This document shows positions 17,545 to 27,520 of a stretch of 64,000 nt of DNA, piece by piece. Both the position numbers and the translations under genes were made by a program. The DNA lies in contig OY762064.1 of assembly GCA_963665145.1 (NCBI GenBank), positions 1,410,403 to 1,474,402 on the forward strand, read 5' to 3'. Source of the DNA: Gammaproteobacteria bacterium (GTDB taxonomy: Bacteria; Pseudomonadota; Gammaproteobacteria; Steroidobacterales; Foliamicaceae). The notes under the pieces were generated by a model. That model saw nothing but the letters and a program-made list of their open reading frames with translations. It did not search any database and had not been told where the DNA came from. How positions within the stretch are numbered: the stretch's first letter is position 1; each line of letters begins with the position of its first letter.

Positions 17545-19719
17545 TTAGCGGCTGGGGTAGCCGAGCATACCACGCTCGATCATTTCCCTGGCGTCTCCGC
17601 CAAGGCTGGTCAGTCCCTTGAGCGTCACCTGCAGATAGACCGAGGCCCCGCCCAGGGTGGCGTCCCGTTCCACATGCCGGCGCCACAGAAGCGCCACGTT
17701 TATGCAGCAGGACTCGTACTCGAAACCCAGGTAACGCTCCAGCTCCACGTCTTCCGCAAAGGAGTAGTTGTAGCGGCCCACGGCCGTCCAGCGGTTGTTG
17801 ATGGCCCAGCGAAACGCCAGATCGAGGTTCTCGGTCCGGGCCCAGCGGCTGCGGTAGGCCACCCGGACGGTCCGGCGCGGGTCCTTGCGATAGACCACCG
17901 CCAGTTCCGAACGGCTGGCGGCATCGATTTCCGCGTCCCAAAGGTAGCGCATGTCCAGCTGCCAGTCCTTGCCCAGGCCGTAGGCGAACTCCGCAATGTA
18001 GTCGGACGCGGAGTCCTCATGTGAACTCAAGCCTTCCAGGCTGACGCTGCGCCCCCTGAAGTTGTAGCGCTGACCCAGGGTGAAACGCAGCAATTCCTTG
18101 CCGTCGGTGCTGCGATGGATGGCCCCCTGGACGCCGGCGCTGAGATGTAAGGTGTCGCCCACGCGGTCGAAGCCCAGGTAGCGGTTGGGCCGGAACAACT
18201 GTACGTAGTTGAAGTCCGGAATGATGGTGTCGAAAACCGGCAGACGTTCCTGGTTGACGGTAGGGATAAAGCTCAGCATCACGCGCGGCTGCAGGGTCAC
18301 ATCCACCGGCCGGGTCACGAACCGCCGCCAGAGGCCGGCGCGCGCATCCACGCTCATCACGGGCAGCACGCGATAGTAGGTGTCGTCCTGCTCCTGAAAC
18401 GGCTCGGAGACGTGGTAGCCGGTAACCAGCAGCGACGCGGAAGGCCGGATGTCGACGGGGCCCGCACGGTAGCGGCCCTGCAAGTGCGGTTCCAGGTGGA
18501 CCCGCGCACCCGAGGTTCGCTGGGGATGCTCAAACCAGCCGGTCTCCACCCAAAGCCGGGCATCCATATTGGGAAACAGGTCCGGCCATCGGCCGTGCAA
18601 TCGAACCTCCGGCAGGCGCACATGCGGTCGAAACAGGCGTTCGACGTCCGGATGCACGACCTGGTGTCCGGTAACGCGGACAACTGCGTCAATAGTGTCG
18701 CCGCCGTAGGTGGCCGCCAGTTCACGGCGCAGGTGGGTCTGGGCCTGCTCCCAGAAACCCCGGCCGATGTCCTCGATGTACAGGTCGTCGGACACCCAGC
18801 GCCCATCCGAGCGGATCCGCCACCTGTCCGAGAGAACCGTATCCGTGTGGATATCCACATCGTAGCGGGAACGGTCACGCAGCTTGTCCTGAGGAAGGTA
18901 TCCGACCTTGATCCGGCCGGTTGAGTTGCGAGTCAGGAATCGGTAGTCCGCGCCGGCGAAAAAGCCCAGGCGCGAGAGATAGCGGGGACTGAAGGTGGCG
19001 TCCATATTCGGCGCGATATTCCAGTACCAGGGCGCCTCCAGCTCCAGCCCCCGCCGGCTGGAACTACCGATCTCCGGCACCAGGAAACCCGACTTGCGCT
19101 GGCCAAGCGCCGAGAACGATATGGACGGCAAATACAGAATCGGCACGTCCAGTATCCTCAGGCTGATTCGCTGAGCCTGGCCGAAACCCGATTCCTGCTC
19201 CATCTGAATGGACCCGGCGCGAAGTTCCCAGTGGTTGCGGCCGGGCAGGCAGCTGGTATAGATGACGTCTTCGAGGCTCACCTGATCCTGCTGTCCGTCC
19301 AGCAGAATGTCCGCGGCGCTGCCCCTGACCAGGCTGTCGCGCACAGCGTATTCCGCCGAGCCGAATCGCAGCAGGTCCCGATTCAAATCGAGCAGGGCAT
19401 CCTTGGCCCGCACCTGCACGGAGTCGCCGGAGTACGCCACGTTGCCCGAAAACTCAAACCGGTTCTCGCGCTGATCGAAGCGGGCGGTCTGCACGTTCAG
19501 GCGGTGGTTGCCCATGCACATAAACACTTCGCCCGGAAAATCAAAGCTCCCGCCGAGGGAGCCGACTACGCTCTCGTAGGTCGTAACGCCCAAAGTCATC
19601 TCCGAGCGCTCCATTGCAGCCTTACAAGCCAGTTCCGCACCGGGCTTCTCCTCCCAGAGATGGGATTGCGTGGGCGCCATGCAAGCTGCGGCCAGCGGTG
19701 CGAGCAGGGAAATCGGCAA
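17545..19719 (-). CDS. lptD: LPS-assembly outer membrane protein LptD
   Basis: 724-aa ORF with an OstA-like N-domain and a large beta-barrel (SGFLVPEIGSSSRRGLELEAPWYWNIAPNMDATFSPRY...). Conserved position upstream of surA. Confidence 0.93.
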   Translation of the reverse strand: MPISLLAPLAAACMAPTQSHLWEEKPGAELACKAAMERSEMTLGVTTYESVVGSLGGSFDFPGEVFMCMGNHRLNVQTARFDQRENRFEFSGNVAYSGDSVQVRAKDALLDLNRDLLRFGSAEYAVRDSLVRGSAADILLDGQQDQVSLEDVIYTSCLPGRNHWELRAGSIQMEQESGFGQAQRISLRILDVPILYLPSISFSALGQRKSGFLVPEIGSSSRRGLELEAPWYWNIAPNMDATFSPRYLSRLGFFAGADYRFLTRNSTGRIKVGYLPQDKLRDRSRYDVDIHTDTVLSDRWRIRSDGRWVSDDLYIEDIGRGFWEQAQTHLRRELAATYGGDTIDAVVRVTGHQVVHPDVERLFRPHVRLPEVRLHGRWPDLFPNMDARLWVETGWFEHPQRTSGARVHLEPHLQGRYRAGPVDIRPSASLLVTGYHVSEPFQEQDDTYYRVLPVMSVDARAGLWRRFVTRPVDVTLQPRVMLSFIPTVNQERLPVFDTIIPDFNYVQLFRPNRYLGFDRVGDTLHLSAGVQGAIHRSTDGKELLRFTLGQRYNFRGRSVSLEGLSSHEDSASDYIAEFAYGLGKDWQLDMRYLWDAEIDAASRSELAVVYRKDPRRTVRVAYRSRWARTENLDLAFRWAINNRWTAVGRYNYSFAEDVELERYLGFEYESCCINVALLWRRHVERDATLGGASVYLQVTLKGLTSLGGDAREMIERGMLGYPSR

Positions 19720-19887
19720 ACGCGTATCCCTCAGCCGACGAACCGGCCGACCGCTGCCACGGGGCCGTTATGCAAGGTCAAATTCATCAGGTCATTCATC
19801 CGGACAATATGCACTTTACCTGCTTCCCGGCGCAGTAGACCGCGCATAGCGTGATTTCAGCGTGCGACAATCGCGCCGGAAAAACAG

Positions 19888-20583
19888 ATGGCAAGAAACC
19901 ACAGGGACCTGCGGCCCGCAAGGGCGATGATATTGGCGGCGGGCCGCGGAGAGCGGCTGCGGCCCTTGAGCGATCGTCTGCCAAAGGCCTTGATGCCGGT
20001 AGACGGAAGACCTCTGATCGAGCATTTGCTCCTGGCGCTTGCAGCCGCGGGCGTGAAGGAAGCAGTCATCAATTTGTCGTGGCTGGGAGACATGATTCGG
20101 GGCGCGATCGGCGATGGCTCCGGCTACGGGCTTCGCGTTCGCTACAGCGACGAGGGAGACTCGGCGCTGGAAACCGGCGGCGGGGTGCGAAGGGCCTTGC
20201 CGCTGCTGGGTAGCGAGCCCTTCTGGGTGGTGAATGCGGATGTTTGCACCGACTTCCCATTCGGGGCTTCGGGCTTCCGACCCGGAGACCTGGCCTGGCT
20301 CATGCTGGTCGCCAACCCTCCGCACAATCCGCAAGGCGATTTCGGCCTCAGGAAAGGCCGGGTGACGGAAAGCGGTCCGCGGTTCACTTTCGGCGGGATC
20401 AGCGTGCTGTCTCCGGCCTTGTTTGAAGGCGTGACCGAAGAGCGATTCGGGCTTGCCCCACTGTTCCGGGCCGCCGCATCCGAACGGCGCGTGTCCGGGG
20501 CCCTGTACGGGGGCTACTGGGCGGATGCCGGCACCGCCGAACGGCTGGCGGAGGTCCGAATCAGCGGCCGTAAAGCCGGGTGA
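19888..20583 (+). CDS. murU: N-acetylmuramate alpha-1-phosphate uridylyltransferase-like nucleotidyltransferase
   Basis: MILAAGRGERLRPLSDRLPKALMPVDGRPLIEH...INLSWLGDMI...LETGGG closely resembles Pseudomonas MurU as I recall it. The gene is divergent from lptD, as in Pseudomonas. An alternative start at ATG 19927 (MILAAG) is at least as likely. Confidence 0.8.
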   Translation: MARNHRDLRPARAMILAAGRGERLRPLSDRLPKALMPVDGRPLIEHLLLALAAAGVKEAVINLSWLGDMIRGAIGDGSGYGLRVRYSDEGDSALETGGGVRRALPLLGSEPFWVVNADVCTDFPFGASGFRPGDLAWLMLVANPPHNPQGDFGLRKGRVTESGPRFTFGGISVLSPALFEGVTEERFGLAPLFRAAASERRVSGALYGGYWADAGTAERLAEVRISGRKAG

Positions 20584-21226
20584 ACAAATGCGGCCGCAGC
20601 GCCGCTGCGGCCTCCTCAAGGTTGGCGGGACCGCCGAGATCGCCGAAATTCACGGTCTTGAGTCCTTCAAAGCCGCAGGGATTGATGCGCAGGAATGGGG
20701 TGAGGTTGGCGCACACATTGAGCGCCATCCCATGATAGGTACATCCGTGCCGCACCCGCAGACCGATCGCCGCCAGCTTGGCGCCTTCGACGTACACGCC
20801 GGGGGCCTTCGGGCGTCGCCCTGCCTCGATACCGTATTCTGCGGCGCAATCGATGACCGCAGCTTCGAGTGCGCACACGAAGCTCTTCGGACCCAGACCG
20901 GCGCGGCGTAACGACACCAACGGATAGACCATCAACTGGCCCGGGCCGTGGTAGGTGACCTGGCCGCCCCGATCCGTCTGCTCCACCGGAATTCCTCCCG
21001 CATCGAGGATGTGCGCAAGGTCCGCCTTGACTCCCAGCGTAAACACCGGCGGATGCTCGCAGAACCAGATTTCGTCGCGGGTGGACTCCCCGCGCTCGTC
21101 CGTGAACTGCCGCATGCTGGCGGCCGAATGCCGCCAGGGCACGCGGCCCAGGCACTTGACGGATGCGCAATCCGCGTCGTCTACTCGAACCACAGCAGGA
21201 CGGAGTCCCGGGTGCGCTGCCACCAA
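20561..21226 (-). CDS. lipB: Octanoyltransferase (lipoyl(octanoyl) transferase)
   Basis: 221-aa ORF: DEIWFCEHPPVFTLG...TDRGGQVTYHGPGQLMVYPL...GVYVEGAKLAAIGLRV...HGMALNV. The 3' end overlaps the murU 3' end by 23 nt (convergent). Start uncertain. Confidence 0.92.
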   Translation of the reverse strand: MVAAHPGLRPAVVRVDDADCASVKCLGRVPWRHSAASMRQFTDERGESTRDEIWFCEHPPVFTLGVKADLAHILDAGGIPVEQTDRGGQVTYHGPGQLMVYPLVSLRRAGLGPKSFVCALEAAVIDCAAEYGIEAGRRPKAPGVYVEGAKLAAIGLRVRHGCTYHGMALNVCANLTPFLRINPCGFEGLKTVNFGDLGGPANLEEAAAALRPHLFTRLYGR

Positions 21227-22335
21227 CCTCCAGAGGGAACGGCGCGCATGGGCACCAGCGGCAGTTCCGCAAGCACCTCGCCGTCGTAATACAAGGAAAC
21301 CGTACCGACCCGGGCATCGGCTTCGAGCGGGGCGATCAGCGGTTCATTGATCTCCACGCGGGTCTCCATTTCGTCGGCCGTCCGTTTCGGAAGCGTCCTT
21401 AGCACGTCTTCAGTCACGGTGAGGTCAATGACCGTTTCTTCGCCTTTCCATACCCGCGCCGACCCGAAGGTCGTGCCGGCCTCAATCAGCTTGCGGGTTT
21501 CAAAATAGCGGAATCCGTAACTCAACAGCCGCAAGGCGTCCTGGGAACGCTGCGCCTCACTGCCCGCGCCCATGACCACGGCGATCAGTCGCATTCCGTC
21601 GCGGACCGCCGAAGCCACCAGGCAATAGCCCGCTGATTGCGTATGCCCGGTCTTTACGCCGTCCACAGTGGCGTCGCGCGCCAGCAGGCGGTTGCGGTTG
21701 GGTTGCGCAATCCCGTTCCAGGTGAATTCCCGCAGTGCGTGCATGCCGTACAAAGCGGGGTAGTCCGCGACCATGGCCCGGGTCAGCACCGCCGTATCGC
21801 CTGCCGTGGTGTAGTGGCTTTCCCCCGGCCAGCCGGTAGCGTTCTCGAAATGGGTGCCCTCCATTCCGAGCCGCTGGGCGGTCGCGTTCATCAAGGTTGC
21901 GAAGTCTTCCTCCGCGCCGGCAAGGTGCTCCGCGAGGGCGACGCTGGCGTCGTTGCCCGACTGCACGATCATTCCAAGCAGCAGGTTCTCGACGCTCACA
22001 CGGCTGTTCAAGTCCAGGAAGGTCCTGGAGCCTTCCATGCGCCAGGCCCTCTCGCTGATGACGGCCTCCTCTTCAAGCCTTACCTCGCCCGCCCCCAGCG
22101 CCTCGAACACGACATAAGCGCTCATGATCTTGGTGATGCTGGCAGGCTCCACCCTCAGGCCCGGCTCGTGGGCCGCCAGCAGGCTCCCGGTCTCCTGCTC
22201 CATCAGCACGAAGGACGATACGTCCAGGCCCGGCGGCGCCGGCAACTGGGCGATCGGCCTGGGCGCCTGGGCGCCGGCGCCGGGCGCCGACAAGACACAG
22301 GCCAGCAAGAGGACGGTCGCAAATCTATTCTTCAT
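21181..22335 (-). CDS. D-alanyl-D-alanine carboxypeptidase (PBP5/6 class)
   Basis: 384-aa ORF with a signal peptide, SxxK (SITK), SxN (SGND) and KTG (KTGHT) motifs, and a C-terminal PBP5 domain. Confidence 0.92.
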   Translation of the reverse strand: MKNRFATVLLLACVLSAPGAGAQAPRPIAQLPAPPGLDVSSFVLMEQETGSLLAAHEPGLRVEPASITKIMSAYVVFEALGAGEVRLEEEAVISERAWRMEGSRTFLDLNSRVSVENLLLGMIVQSGNDASVALAEHLAGAEEDFATLMNATAQRLGMEGTHFENATGWPGESHYTTAGDTAVLTRAMVADYPALYGMHALREFTWNGIAQPNRNRLLARDATVDGVKTGHTQSAGYCLVASAVRDGMRLIAVVMGAGSEAQRSQDALRLLSYGFRYFETRKLIEAGTTFGSARVWKGEETVIDLTVTEDVLRTLPKRTADEMETRVEINEPLIAPLEADARVGTVSLYYDGEVLAELPLVPMRAVPSGGWWQRTRDSVLLWFE

Positions 22336-22356
22336 TCGTAACCCCGAATCATGAAA

Positions 22357-23097
22357 TCAGCCGGGCGGCGGGTCGCCGAATACCCGGAGCGTCTTTGAAA
22401 TCCCGATATCCGCCAGCCTGCGCTTCAGCCTGCCGGTCTCCCGCTGGTTCTTCAGCGGACCTACCCAGACGGCAAAAATGCCATTGGCCTTGCGGCGGAT
22501 ATACACGCCGGACACGCCGGCCTCGCGAATCCTGTAGTACAGCTTCGACGCGTTGTCACGATATGCAAAGGCGCCGGCCTGCAGGTAGGTATAGGCGCCG
22601 GCAACGGGTTCCGGCACGCCCGAACCCCCGGCTTCCAGCGCCTCGACGCGCACCCGCGCCGTGCCCCTTTGGTACACGCCAAGCTCGCGGGCCGCACTGT
22701 ACGACAGGTCAATCACGCGGCCCCTTACGAATGGCCCGCGGTCGTTCACACGCAAGTCGGCGCTGCGGCCGTTTTCCAGGTTGGTGACGCGGACCCGGGT
22801 CGGCAGTGGCAGCGTCTTGTGCGCGGCAGTCATCGCATACATGTTGTAGGGCTCGCCCATCGCGGTCGGCTTGCCGTGAAAGTCCTGCCCGTACCAGGAC
22901 GCCAGGCCGGTTTCGACGAAGCCTTCCGCGGAAGTCATGGGGCAGTAAACCTCACCGAACTGGGTATAGCAGTCCTTGCCTGGCAGGCCGCCCGAAGAAC
23001 TGCCCCAGACGCCGCCGAATACGTTCCTGACTGCCGAACATCCGGGTGCAAGAACAATGCAGCCCACCAAGGCCAGCAGCCACGCTGCCCGTTTCAT
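22357..23097 (-). CDS. rlpA: Septal ring lytic transglycosylase RlpA (DPBB + SPOR domains)
   Basis: 246-aa lipoprotein (LAPGC). GLASWYGQDFHGKPTAMGEPYNMYAMTAAHKTLPLPTRVRVTNLENGRS, plus a C-terminal SPOR-like region. Confidence 0.9.
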   Translation of the reverse strand: MKRAAWLLALVGCIVLAPGCSAVRNVFGGVWGSSSGGLPGKDCYTQFGEVYCPMTSAEGFVETGLASWYGQDFHGKPTAMGEPYNMYAMTAAHKTLPLPTRVRVTNLENGRSADLRVNDRGPFVRGRVIDLSYSAARELGVYQRGTARVRVEALEAGGSGVPEPVAGAYTYLQAGAFAYRDNASKLYYRIREAGVSGVYIRRKANGIFAVWVGPLKNQRETGRLKRRLADIGISKTLRVFGDPPPG

Positions 23098-24074
23098 CCG
23101 GTGTCCGGCGCGGTGATGGCTTGTCCGAGTTGATGCACGACCAGGGCATACATATAGCTGCGGTTATAGCGCGTTATGACGTAGAAGTTGGGCAGCGCCA
23201 ACCAGTATTCCGGGCCGTCGGCCCCTTGCATCAGCAACAGGCCGGCCGGTGTGTCGTCAGGCAGTTCGCTGTCGAACAGCACACCGGCCGAACGCAGCGC
23301 GCCCAGCGTGCTGGGGGGAGACAAGCCACGTTCCTGGGGTTGGGCGGAACTGCTGTCCGCCAGTGTTGCAGGCATCGCTACGGCGCCGCCACGCCGCCAG
23401 CCATGATCGCTCAGATAGCCCGCAACGCTGCTGAGCACGTCAGACCAGTTGGAGAACAGGTCGCGCCTGCCGTCGCCGTCACCGTCCACGGCGTAGCGCC
23501 GGTAACTGGACGGGATGAACTGGGCGCGCCCCATGGCGCCGGCATAGGAACCCAGCACCTGCTCCGCCTTGAGCGCTTGCTCGCTGTCGAGAACAAAGAA
23601 ATCCTTCAGCTCACGGCGAAAGAAATCTCCCCGGCGCGGATGATGGAACGCCAGGGTGGCAAGCGAGTCCAGGACCCGATGCCTGCCCGTAATGCGGCCG
23701 AAACGGGTCTCGACACCGAGAATGCCCAGCACCACCGATGGCGGAACGCCGCTATCGCTCTCCACGTCCGCCAGGGACTTGGCGTGCAGCCTGGAAAAAG
23801 CCTTTCCTGAAGCCATGCGCCCGGAATCCATGAAGATGGACCGGTAAGCGGCCCACTCAATGGTGCGCTCCGGAGCGCGACTCATGTCCTCGATTATTTT
23901 CGGCTGATACCTGGCTTCGGTGAGCAATTGACTGACGTCGGCGCGGTCCAGGCCCTCGTCGCGCACCAGTTCGTCAATGAATTCACGAATCTTGGGATCA
24001 TCCACATCCATGGCGCCCGCAACGAGAGGCGCGCACAAGGCGGCGACCAGCAGACATCTACGAAACACGGACAA
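23094..24074 (-). CDS. mltB: Lytic murein transglycosylase B
   Basis: 326-aa ORF: GILGVETRFGRITG...GSYAGAMGRAQFIPSSYRRYAVDGDGDGRRDLF is the MltB signature. Confidence 0.9.
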   Translation of the reverse strand: MSVFRRCLLVAALCAPLVAGAMDVDDPKIREFIDELVRDEGLDRADVSQLLTEARYQPKIIEDMSRAPERTIEWAAYRSIFMDSGRMASGKAFSRLHAKSLADVESDSGVPPSVVLGILGVETRFGRITGRHRVLDSLATLAFHHPRRGDFFRRELKDFFVLDSEQALKAEQVLGSYAGAMGRAQFIPSSYRRYAVDGDGDGRRDLFSNWSDVLSSVAGYLSDHGWRRGGAVAMPATLADSSSAQPQERGLSPPSTLGALRSAGVLFDSELPDDTPAGLLLMQGADGPEYWLALPNFYVITRYNRSYMYALVVHQLGQAITAPDTG

Positions 24075-24078
24075 GGCC

Positions 24079-25188
24079 CTAGTGCGCGAGGTAGCGACGA
24101 TCTGATCGAATAGACATGAGGATACCGAAGCCGGCCAGGAATGTTACATTGGCGCTGCCCGCCAAGCTGACGAGCGGCAGCGGCAATCCTACCACCGGCA
24201 GCAACCCGGTCGTCATGGCCGCATTGAGCGCAAAGCTGAAGAAAAAGCCGATTGCCAGGGACGCAGCCAGAAGACGGGAGAAACGGTTCTGCGCCGCCAA
24301 TGCGATCTGCAGCATGCGAACCGTAATCGCAACGAAAAGCAGCATGGCCATGACAACTCCGACGAAGCCGAATTCTTCGCTGATCACGGAAAATACGAAG
24401 TCGGTGGTGGGCTCGGGCAGGAACCCGAACTGCGCCTGGCTGCTGTTCATCCAGCCCTTGCCGAAAGCACCGCCGGAACCGATGGCGATCTTGGACTGAA
24501 TGATGTGATAGCCGGCGCCAAGGGGGTCGGATTCGGGGTTCAGCACGCTGAGTATCCTCTGGCGCTGGTAGTCGCGCAGGCTCACCCAAAGCGCCGGAAT
24601 CGCCAGCATCCCGATCAACGCGCCGCCATATATGAATCGCCGGTGCAATCCCGCCAGGAGAAGCGTGATCACCCCAAAGCCGCACAGCACTACTGCCGTT
24701 CCCAGATCGGGCTGACGGATGACCAGTGCAACCGGCAGGCAGATCAGCAGCAGGGCCACTGCGGTCATCAGCACCCCGGGGCGTTCTTTCGACTTGCCCA
24801 GTATGGAAGCCAGTGCCAACGGCACCGCCAACTTGGCGAATTCCGACGGCTGAAAGCGAACTCCGAAGTCCAGCCAACGGCGCGCTCCACCGCCTTCCTC
24901 GCCGACCAGCAAGACCAGCACCAACAGGGTCAGGACGAGGCCGTAGACCCAGGGCGCGGCGCGCACCAGGAACTCCGGCCGCATCTGGGCCAGGACCAGC
25001 ATGGCTCCCAGTCCCATCACCAAGCGCGACACCTGATAGAGCAGAACGTCCTCGCGGCCGCCTGAAGCGCCGTACAGCACAATCAGGCCCAGCGACATAA
25101 GCAGGAGCAGCCATACCAGCAGCCAACCGTCCAGCTTCAAGCTGCGCAGCAGGCCCGCGTCATCGCCGGTACTGGTCACGGTATTCAT
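24079..25188 (-). CDS. rodA: Peptidoglycan glycosyltransferase RodA (SEDS family)
   Basis: 369-aa polytopic membrane ORF: RWLDFGVRFQPSEFAKL..., QPDLGTA, TDFVFSVISEEFGFVG. Overlaps the mrdA stop. Confidence 0.93.
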   Translation of the reverse strand: MNTVTSTGDDAGLLRSLKLDGWLLVWLLLLMSLGLIVLYGASGGREDVLLYQVSRLVMGLGAMLVLAQMRPEFLVRAAPWVYGLVLTLLVLVLLVGEEGGGARRWLDFGVRFQPSEFAKLAVPLALASILGKSKERPGVLMTAVALLLICLPVALVIRQPDLGTAVVLCGFGVITLLLAGLHRRFIYGGALIGMLAIPALWVSLRDYQRQRILSVLNPESDPLGAGYHIIQSKIAIGSGGAFGKGWMNSSQAQFGFLPEPTTDFVFSVISEEFGFVGVVMAMLLFVAITVRMLQIALAAQNRFSRLLAASLAIGFFFSFALNAAMTTGLLPVVGLPLPLVSLAGSANVTFLAGFGILMSIRSDRRYLAH

Positions 25189-27065
25189 CGCGACAGGGCC
25201 ACCTGGTCCGGCGGCGCATTCCCAGCCAGGTAGGTTTCCAGCATTCTGGCCGCCACTTGGGCTGCAGCGCCCGAACCGGAGCCGCCGTTCTCCACGATGA
25301 CCGCAAGCGCGATGACCGGATCATGCACGGGTGCAAACGCCACGAACAGCGAATGGTCCCTGTGGCGCTCCGCAACCTCCTCCGGCTCCTCCTCGCCGTC
25401 CGGCGCCATCGCCACCACCTGGGAGGTGCCGGTCTTGCCGGCCACCGTGAACCCCAGTTTGGCGCCGGTTTCTCTCGCCGTCCCCCGCGGACCGTGAACC
25501 ACGGCCACCATGGAATCCACCACCGCCCGCCAATGCTCGACGGCCTCGGGAGCGACGGTGCCGGCCAGTTCCGGCAGTACGCGTTCGACTCGTCCTCCGG
25601 CGGGGTCGCGTATCGCCTCCACCAATCGAGGCTTGTAGCGGCGGCCACGCATGGCGACCTGGGCTGTCGCCAGGGCAAGCTGCAGTGGCGTAACCACCAG
25701 GCTGCCCTGGCCGATTCCGGTAATCACGGTCTCGCCGGGGAACCAGGGCTGCATTGCCGGGTCACTGAAGGCGGCGCGCTTCCATGCCCTCGACGGCACG
25801 ATCCCGGCCTTTTCGCCTGACAGGTCCAGACCGGACAGGGCGCCGAACCCGAATTGCACCAGGCTCTCGTGAATCCCCTCAATTTCCATGTCCCGCGCCA
25901 GTTGGTAGAAATACACGTCGCAGGACTGAGAAATGGCATCGTGCATGTTCATCGGACCGTGGCCTTCCCGCTTCCAGTCCCGGTACGGCCGTCTGACGCC
26001 AGGCAATCGGAATCGTCCCCAGCAACTGATAGTCTGCTCAGCCTCGCGGTGGCCCTCCTCCAGGGCCGCAAGCGCCAGCATCGGCTTGATCGTGGAACCG
26101 GGTGAGTAGAGTCCGCGGATAGCCCGATTGAACATCGGCAGATCGGGGTTGCGATTCAATTCGGCAAAACTGGCGTTGTCCATCCCCGAAACGAAGTCAT
26201 TGGGATCGAATGCCGGACTGCTGACGAAGGCCAGGACACCGCCGGTGGCGGGATCCACCGCCACGGCGGCGCCGCGGCGCGAATCCAGGGCAGCAAAGGC
26301 TTCAAGTTGCAGATCGCTGTCTATCGTCAGTTGCAGGTCCGCTCCCGGCTGAGGATCCAGTTCGCGGGTACGGGAAAGCGGGCGTCCATAAGCATTCATA
26401 AGGACTCTTTCGCCGCCCGGCGTGCCACGCAGGAAATCTTCGTAGCTGCCTTCCACGCCGGTTTTGCCGATATGGTGAATTCCTGTGTATTGCGCCGGGT
26501 CCAGGCGCTCCTTGTCGGCGACGCTGATCGCCGTTACGTACCCCAGCCCATGCGCGCCGGCTGCTCCCAGCGGATACTCGCGCAGCAGCAGCCCCTCGAT
26601 ATCCACGCCGGCAAACCTGTGGCGAATGACCGCAAATTGTGCAACCTGTTCTTCGCCGAGCCGCGCGCGTATCGGAATCGCTTCGAACGGTTGGTAGCGG
26701 CTTGCGACCTCAATCAGCTCGCTCTGCCTCTCCAGGGCCACGAACCCCGAATCCGCAAGGCTGGCAAGAGTAGCGCTGAGATCGTCCACCTGTTCCGGCA
26801 CCAGCGTGAGGCGGAAACCCGCCCGGTTGGACACGATCAACTCGCCGTTGCGGTCCACGATGATTCCGCGCCTGGGAGCGACCTTGCGCGCCTTCATCTG
26901 GTTGCCGAGGGCCTGCCCGGCGTAATAGCTGTGTTGAACCAGTTGCAGGTAGCTGAGCCGCGCCAGCAGCACGAGCGCCAGCAGGCCCAGCAGCAACACC
27001 ATGTAGAACGTCCGGCGGACGAGCGTTCCCTGCTCCGTGGTGTCGTATTGCGGCCGGGTCGCCAT
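25185..27065 (-). CDS. mrdA: Penicillin-binding protein 2 (elongasome transpeptidase)
   Basis: ORF 25185..27230 trimmed to ATG 27065 (MATRPQYD...), overlapping the mreD stop by 1 nt (TAATG). Motifs STIKP, SQSCDVYFY, KTGTSQ. Confidence 0.92.
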   Translation of the reverse strand: MATRPQYDTTEQGTLVRRTFYMVLLLGLLALVLLARLSYLQLVQHSYYAGQALGNQMKARKVAPRRGIIVDRNGELIVSNRAGFRLTLVPEQVDDLSATLASLADSGFVALERQSELIEVASRYQPFEAIPIRARLGEEQVAQFAVIRHRFAGVDIEGLLLREYPLGAAGAHGLGYVTAISVADKERLDPAQYTGIHHIGKTGVEGSYEDFLRGTPGGERVLMNAYGRPLSRTRELDPQPGADLQLTIDSDLQLEAFAALDSRRGAAVAVDPATGGVLAFVSSPAFDPNDFVSGMDNASFAELNRNPDLPMFNRAIRGLYSPGSTIKPMLALAALEEGHREAEQTISCWGRFRLPGVRRPYRDWKREGHGPMNMHDAISQSCDVYFYQLARDMEIEGIHESLVQFGFGALSGLDLSGEKAGIVPSRAWKRAAFSDPAMQPWFPGETVITGIGQGSLVVTPLQLALATAQVAMRGRRYKPRLVEAIRDPAGGRVERVLPELAGTVAPEAVEHWRAVVDSMVAVVHGPRGTARETGAKLGFTVAGKTGTSQVVAMAPDGEEEPEEVAERHRDHSLFVAFAPVHDPVIALAVIVENGGSGSGAAAQVAARMLETYLAGNAPPDQVALSR

Positions 27066-27520
27066 TACACCCTGAGAAAAAGAAATGAAATCAGGATCAG
27101 GATCCCTCCGCTCATCAGGCTGCTGGCAGTGCCGCCCCAGGACCCCGGGTGATTGAACCAGCCGCCGATCAGGGCCACCACGGTCAGGTACATGGTCATC
27201 ATGGCCATCGCGAGCAGAAAGCGCAGCCATGGGGGGGAAGAAACGATCCAGTGACGCACATTAATGGCCAGGAAAACCAGCAAGGTGGCCCCTAGCGCAT
27301 GCAGGCCCAGCGGGGTTCCCAGCAAGAGATCCTGAATGAGTCCGGCTATCGCGGCGACAATCAGTCGCGCATCCTCCGGAGCGGTAATCGAGAGCCAGAT
27401 CAGGGTCACAGCCAACCACGGCGGCTGCCAGAATCCCGCTGCCAGCGGAAGCGGCAGAACACTGATCAGCAGCGCCCCGCCCAGCAGCAAATAGCTGCGC
27501 GTAACCGCGCCGGCGGTCAT
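27065..27520 (-). CDS. mreD: Rod shape-determining protein MreD
   Basis: 151-aa hydrophobic ORF in the mreBCD position. 4-nt overlap with mreC. Confidence 0.85.
   Translation of the reverse strand: MTAGAVTRSYLLLGGALLISVLPLPLAAGFWQPPWLAVTLIWLSITAPEDARLIVAAIAGLIQDLLLGTPLGLHALGATLLVFLAINVRHWIVSSPPWLRFLLAMAMMTMYLTVVALIGGWFNHPGSWGGTASSLMSGGILILISFLFLRV

Noticed and set aside
17525-17941. 5' extension of the surA ORF into lptD; likewise 29541..29900 upstream of mreB, 27066..27230 upstream of mrdA and 42100..42336 upstream of the VOC gene.
   Set aside because: The extensions overlap the upstream genes or intergenic DNA and lack homology. Conserved N-termini or signal peptides begin at the internal starts I chose.
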